Below, piece by piece: positions 59,662-64,000 of a DNA stretch of 64,000 nucleotides. The notes beneath the pieces were generated by a model. The model did no database searches. It saw only the letters and a program-made list of their open reading frames with translations, and was not told the origin of the DNA. How positions within the stretch are numbered: position 1 is the first letter of the stretch; every line of letters begins with the position of its first letter. The stretch covers positions 1,888,001 through 1,952,000 of the forward strand of contig CAVUDP010000002.1 in assembly GCA_963740315.1 (NCBI GenBank), given 5' to 3'. The position numbers and the translations under genes are program-made. Source of the stretch: an uncultured cyanobacterium (GTDB lineage: Bacteria; Cyanobacteriota; Cyanobacteriia; Cyanobacteriales; Nostocaceae).

Positions 59662-60987
59662 TCACTTAATATTTTTACTGAGTCTTTCATAAACAGTTGC
59701 TAAACCCGACGCTTCACCTACATTACCTGGAAATAGTACCACTGGTAAATTAGGAAACTGGGGATGATTTTCTGGAGTACGCACCATTGAAACTCCAGCA
59801 AGAATTTGACCGAGTAAACGCGCTGTTTTTAAAGCTAAACCAGTACTTAAAACATCGTTTGAAGTAATACCTCCTTTACCGATTAAAAATCCGATATCGT
59901 CAGGTAAATTTCGTACAACATCCATTAATAAGCCTGAAACCTTAGCTCCAAATTGCAACCGCGTATCAATATCCTCAAAAGTTAATTCCTGACGACTGGT
60001 ATAAACTACTGGTGTATTTCCAGCATTATGGCAGAGCCGAACATTTTCGAGTATATCGGTTAGCAGTGTAGCAGATTGATTCTCTTTATCAAGTAACTTT
60101 GCTACATCTACTTCGATTCCCACAATACCTTTTGCTTGTAAAAGTACTTCGAGTTGCTGGGTAGTTTTTTTGACGTGAGAACCAACTATTATGGCTCCCG
60201 GTTTACCCGTAATTACATATTCAGCCATGTTTTCTGGGGAAACTGGTTGGGGAGGTAGTGCAGCCAAAGCGGTTAAAATGCTGGCAGCAGAACGAAATAG
60301 AAAGCGTTTTCCCCGACTCGCTGCCGTCAATACATCTTCAGCAAACTTATTTAAATCGGCTTGGGTTTCCCCATCTACCACCCCACATCGATCGCCACTA
60401 AGTTTCATTAATCGTTCCAGACTACCACCGCGAATGTCATCAAGTAAAAATCTTTCTACTTTATCCGCAGCAATACGCCCGTTCGTTTTTTCCTCTACAT
60501 ATTTAGGTAAATAACTGTGATTGTAACTAAATACCGAATCGCGAGCGAATTCAGTTTCATGAACTGCAACGGGGGCACCCTGCATCATTAAGTAATGTAC
60601 GCTGTCACGAGTGATACGCCCTCCTTCAAAAAACGCCGGAACCAAAAAATGAGCATCAAAAGGTCCTAATTCTTTGGCGATCGCATCAGTTTCAATTGGG
60701 TAATGTCCCCGTAAAGTTGAGTCACTACGACTAACAACTAGGAAATCCTCGATCTTTTCGGCATCTAACGCCAATTTCAAGTTATGACAAACCTCTTTCG
60801 TCACAGATTCAGCTTTTTCTGGAGTTAACGCCCTGGTATTAGTTAAAACAAAGAAAATCGGTGAATCATCTTGTAACCCCAAGCGCAAAGTATCCACATC
60901 CCACTCCATTAAAAGCAAGCAACCGTGGACGGTTTGGGAACCAGTCGGATCGTCATCTAGAACAATAATTTTTGGTCGATCGCTCAT
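59662..60987 (-). CDS. Four-carbon acid sugar kinase family (DUF1537) protein
   Basis: VLDDDPTGSQTVH, RSDSTLRGH, KGGITS and FPGNVG motifs. Confidence 0.9.
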   Translation of the reverse strand: MSDRPKIIVLDDDPTGSQTVHGCLLLMEWDVDTLRLGLQDDSPIFFVLTNTRALTPEKAESVTKEVCHNLKLALDAEKIEDFLVVSRSDSTLRGHYPIETDAIAKELGPFDAHFLVPAFFEGGRITRDSVHYLMMQGAPVAVHETEFARDSVFSYNHSYLPKYVEEKTNGRIAADKVERFLLDDIRGGSLERLMKLSGDRCGVVDGETQADLNKFAEDVLTAASRGKRFLFRSAASILTALAALPPQPVSPENMAEYVITGKPGAIIVGSHVKKTTQQLEVLLQAKGIVGIEVDVAKLLDKENQSATLLTDILENVRLCHNAGNTPVVYTSRQELTFEDIDTRLQFGAKVSGLLMDVVRNLPDDIGFLIGKGGITSNDVLSTGLALKTARLLGQILAGVSMVRTPENHPQFPNLPVVLFPGNVGEASGLATVYERLSKNIK

Positions 60988-61001
60988 ATTGTCATATAAA
61001 A

Positions 61002-61667
61002 TTATTTGGGCGACTGTAATTTTCTGATTTGAGATTGAACATCAACAGCAATCTGCAACGATTGATTGAGAAGTTGAGCGTATTCGCCAGCTTCCGTACT
61101 CACTTGCAAAGCTTGCAGATTGGCTAAATTGTTAACAAATAAATCTTGATTGTTCGCAAGTAACTTTTTATTATCTCTTATTATTCGTTCCGTTTTCAAA
61201 GCTCGTACCAAATCTTCTCGAATTAGTTGTAACGCTGCAATAACTCGATCGCGATCGCTAATATTGCTTTGCGTATTTCCCGCTGTATCTAACTGGTCGT
61301 TAAGATCGATAGCTTGGATAACTTCGTGATATTCATCAACTTCATCCAAAAGTTTTGTGAGCGATTTCGGACAACTTTTTCGCCGCCAAAACCCCCGTGC
61401 TAATACTACCAATATTGGTACTAAAGCTAACAATAATAATCCGATAGAAATTGAGGAACCGATGGTAGGTAGAATAATAAATGCATAAATAAAACCGACA
61501 ACAATAGGAGTTAACGCTAAAGCTGTAATTACTTCGTTCATGAAAAAACCAAATCGTTTTTCGCGGTTTTTCAGAATTGAAGGGCGAAATACATCTTCTG
61601 GATCTACACCAGTTAAGCGTCTTAATTCACCTTTGGTAATTTCTAAACCGATTAAATCTGGCTGCAC
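61002..61667 (-). CDS. Hypothetical membrane protein with coiled-coil C-terminus
   Basis: Two TM helices, then LVRALKTERIIRDN; GGAG RBS before GTG. Confidence 0.75.
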   Translation of the reverse strand: MQPDLIGLEITKGELRRLTGVDPEDVFRPSILKNREKRFGFFMNEVITALALTPIVVGFIYAFIILPTIGSSISIGLLLLALVPILVVLARGFWRRKSCPKSLTKLLDEVDEYHEVIQAIDLNDQLDTAGNTQSNISDRDRVIAALQLIREDLVRALKTERIIRDNKKLLANNQDLFVNNLANLQALQVSTEAGEYAQLLNQSLQIAVDVQSQIRKLQSPK

Positions 61668-61833
61668 TTTAAGATATTCTCCTTTTGGTGGGGGTTATTA
61701 TTTTAAGAATACCTGGCGATTCAATATGCCGCACAAGCGCGGTGAACGCGGCTACACAAACGAAACCCACCGTGGCAGGGGTTTAAAGTCTTAACTATAA
61801 GGCTACAAAATACAGGTTTATTTTTTCGGAAAT

Positions 61834-63048
61834 CTACTCATTTGAAAACATCGAAAGTTGAGTCGCTGACTGATTAATTACATAAGTAACTGGTTTTTTA
61901 GTTTTTTTAACTTTACCTTGTTCTACAGCTTCATCTAACCAATCTTGCATTTGCAATAATCTCACGTTTAAGGTTTCTGCAAGAGTTTTTGCGTCTAATG
62001 GTTGTTGTAAGCGATCGAGAATTAAAGGTAAAACTGCTTGGTAAATTTCTTTTGAGGTGGCTGAAATCTCTTTTGTTTCTTTTGTTTCTACTGATGGTTT
62101 AATTGAGGATGCAGTTGATATCAAAAGTTGTTTTAAATCATCCCAAGGTTCTGGTGGAAAAACCTTTGCTCCTTTATCGTGTAACTGTTGATTACCTTCT
62201 GATATAGTTGGATGCATCCTAACAAAAACTGCTACATCTAATTTAGAAATTGCCTCCACCGCACCTGCCCAAGTGCCACCTTTACCCGCAGTTGAATCAA
62301 TTACAAGAGCATAATTTGCAAGAGCATAAATATATTTATTTCGTCCCATTGCATTACCAACATTAAAACCAGCATCGGGATCGTAACTGGAAATTAATGC
62401 AAGTCTTCCTTCTTTAATGCTTGAACGATATTCCCTATCTACTGATGCTTTAGTTAAACTATTAGCCAGCACACCTACAGAAGTTCCTCCGGCTTGCAAT
62501 ACCCCCAACATCGCCGTTTTATCTACACCACGCGCTCCACCGGAAATTACCTGTATTCCTTCCATAGCGCTTTTTTCGGCGACTTTTTTTGTATATTCTA
62601 GTTTCTCTTCATCAACGTCGCGAGAACCGACGATCGCCAATCCTCCCATTGATAATAGTTTGATATTACCAATTCCATACAGAATTGCTGGTGCTGAATG
62701 TTTTAGTGTTTGCTTGAGAGATTTGGGATAATTTTCATCACCTCTTCCTAATATCCACAATCCTTGATTAGTCCATTTTTCTACAGCTAAACTCAACATT
62801 GCACCGCGATCGAGTAAAGCCGATATTCTGCTCAATTCAAGTTTTGTTTCGCCAATCTTTTGTAATTGTTTTCCTGCTATTGGTTCGAGTAAATCTGCTG
62901 GACGCATTTGATTATTTCGCAACCAATTAGCTAAGGAATTATATTCACTGAGAGTCAAGGGTTGTGGTTCAATTTTGCGATTTTGTCCGAAGTTACTACA
63001 TAATAATAAAATTGCTTGAGTATCTGGCGATAATACATGATTTAACAT
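61834..63048 (-). CDS. DprA/Smf-like protein (PsyrA/RqlI-like antitoxin)
   Basis: DTQAILLLC start, YPKSL, AIVGSR, SGGARGVD, AMGRNKYIY, GGTWAGA motifs and C-terminal wHTH; follows a RecQ-PRTase gene. Confidence 0.85.
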   Translation of the reverse strand: MLNHVLSPDTQAILLLCSNFGQNRKIEPQPLTLSEYNSLANWLRNNQMRPADLLEPIAGKQLQKIGETKLELSRISALLDRGAMLSLAVEKWTNQGLWILGRGDENYPKSLKQTLKHSAPAILYGIGNIKLLSMGGLAIVGSRDVDEEKLEYTKKVAEKSAMEGIQVISGGARGVDKTAMLGVLQAGGTSVGVLANSLTKASVDREYRSSIKEGRLALISSYDPDAGFNVGNAMGRNKYIYALANYALVIDSTAGKGGTWAGAVEAISKLDVAVFVRMHPTISEGNQQLHDKGAKVFPPEPWDDLKQLLISTASSIKPSVETKETKEISATSKEIYQAVLPLILDRLQQPLDAKTLAETLNVRLLQMQDWLDEAVEQGKVKKTKKPVTYVINQSATQLSMFSNE

Positions 63049-63089
63049 GGTTTTTAATGGTTTTACCGTGCTTATTATGCTAAGTTTTT

Positions 63090-63233
63090 ATGGTCAGAAG
63101 TCGGGTTTTTAGAATACGTATCTGTAATACACTTACAAATTTTATAAAAACCCGACTTCTCAACTGGAGCGTCGCGTGTCAAAGGTGGTTAGAAGTCATT
63201 TAATTATATGGGTACCTAACTTACGCCCGTCTG
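63090..63233. mobile_element. MITE-like element, copy 2 (inverted relative to 33763-33941)
   Basis: The reverse complement shares CAGACGGGCGT..GGTACCCATATAAT and the near-identical hairpin core through CTGACCAT. Confidence 0.7.
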
Positions 63234-64000
63234 CCCTAATGTATTCAGTGCTAATGCTACAGGAAAAACTAACTCGCTTTGATTGCGACGTAAAAGCGCG
63301 GCAATTACGGTAAAAGTCCAACGGGAATTAACCATATCATCAACTAAAAATACAGAACCATTTATACCCTTCCAACTGTTAATTGCAAAAGCACCATCTA
63401 AGTTTTGAGCTTGTTGGTAGCTGTTGCTCATCTCTTTTTGTAATTGAGTTTGACGAATTTTCTGCACGACTGGTACGAAAGGTAAACCTAATTTTTCAGC
63501 CAACCTTTTAGCAAAATCTGGTACAAGTTGTTTGCGATTTAAAGAAGGTACGCAAGTTACCCAAGTGGGATATGGTTGAGGTTGCCAACGTTGAATCATT
63601 TGATATACAGCTTCTACAAGTGCATCATCAAAATAATTATCTTGATATTTTCCAGACTTTACTAAGTCTCCCCAACCTGCATCACCCCATAAAGATAGAG
63701 CTTTTCCCGATTCTGCTTTTAAGTTATCTTTAATTCTTCCAGAAAACCGATAATTTGGAAATGCAAGTGAAGCCCAAGTTTTACGCGGTTCGATAATTTG
63801 ATCGCTACGACGTAAAAATTGAATTGCTTGATTTATAAGTTCAAAAGAGCAAGTTTCTGGTAGTAAAGCTTTACCTAAACAGGCAGCACATTTACCGCAG
63901 TTAGTTGGATTTTGGTCATCTAATTCTGTTGCGAGAAAAGTCATTAAGCATTGCTGAGTTTGCATATATTCTCGCATTCTATCTTGTTCTTGATGGCGGA
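63216..64000 (-). CDS. C-terminal part of a RecQ-like helicase with PRTase domain (PsyrT/RqlH-like); 5' part outside the window
   Basis: RecQ Zn-binding CLM..CGKCAAC, then WVTCVPS, NSYQQ and the PRPP-binding-like VFLVDDMVNSRWT. Confidence 0.85.
   Translation of the reverse strand, partial: RHQEQDRMREYMQTQQCLMTFLATELDDQNPTNCGKCAACLGKALLPETCSFELINQAIQFLRRSDQIIEPRKTWASLAFPNYRFSGRIKDNLKAESGKALSLWGDAGWGDLVKSGKYQDNYFDDALVEAVYQMIQRWQPQPYPTWVTCVPSLNRKQLVPDFAKRLAEKLGLPFVPVVQKIRQTQLQKEMSNSYQQAQNLDGAFAINSWKGINGSVFLVDDMVNSRWTFTVIAALLRRNQSELVFPVALALNTLGQTGVS

Overview
AT-rich chromosomal segment of a cyanobacterium, probably a filamentous Nostocales-type strain (inferred from frequent HIP1 sites GCGATCGC, heptamer STRR arrays, GTAG-type REP/SDR elements and Anabaena-like gene order). 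Core content: the beta-carboxysome operon ccmK2-K1-L-M-N-O followed by the LysR gene cmpR, divergent ndhF4-ndhD4-cupB, tRNA-Tyr and tRNA-Thr, glycosyltransferases, an MscS channel, ahcY, fmt and minCDE. Accessory content: a Dam/DpnII-type restriction-modification pair, a frameshifted Rpn-family nuclease with a duplicated C-terminal mini-gene, a ~6 kb toxin-antitoxin-rich island after tRNA-Thr, and a PsyrTA/RqlHI-like RecQ-PRTase plus DprA pair at the right edge. The best candidate for an undescribed system is a coupled three-gene operon in that island: STAS-like/GHKL kinase, STAS-like DUF4325 protein and PIN nuclease. Its PIN gene is truncated by a 27-nt hairpin element inserted exactly into a HIP1 site. 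Several conflict genes carry a single apparent lesion. No CRISPR array, rRNA, integrase or intact IS was seen. All family calls come from motif recognition by eye; no database search was run.
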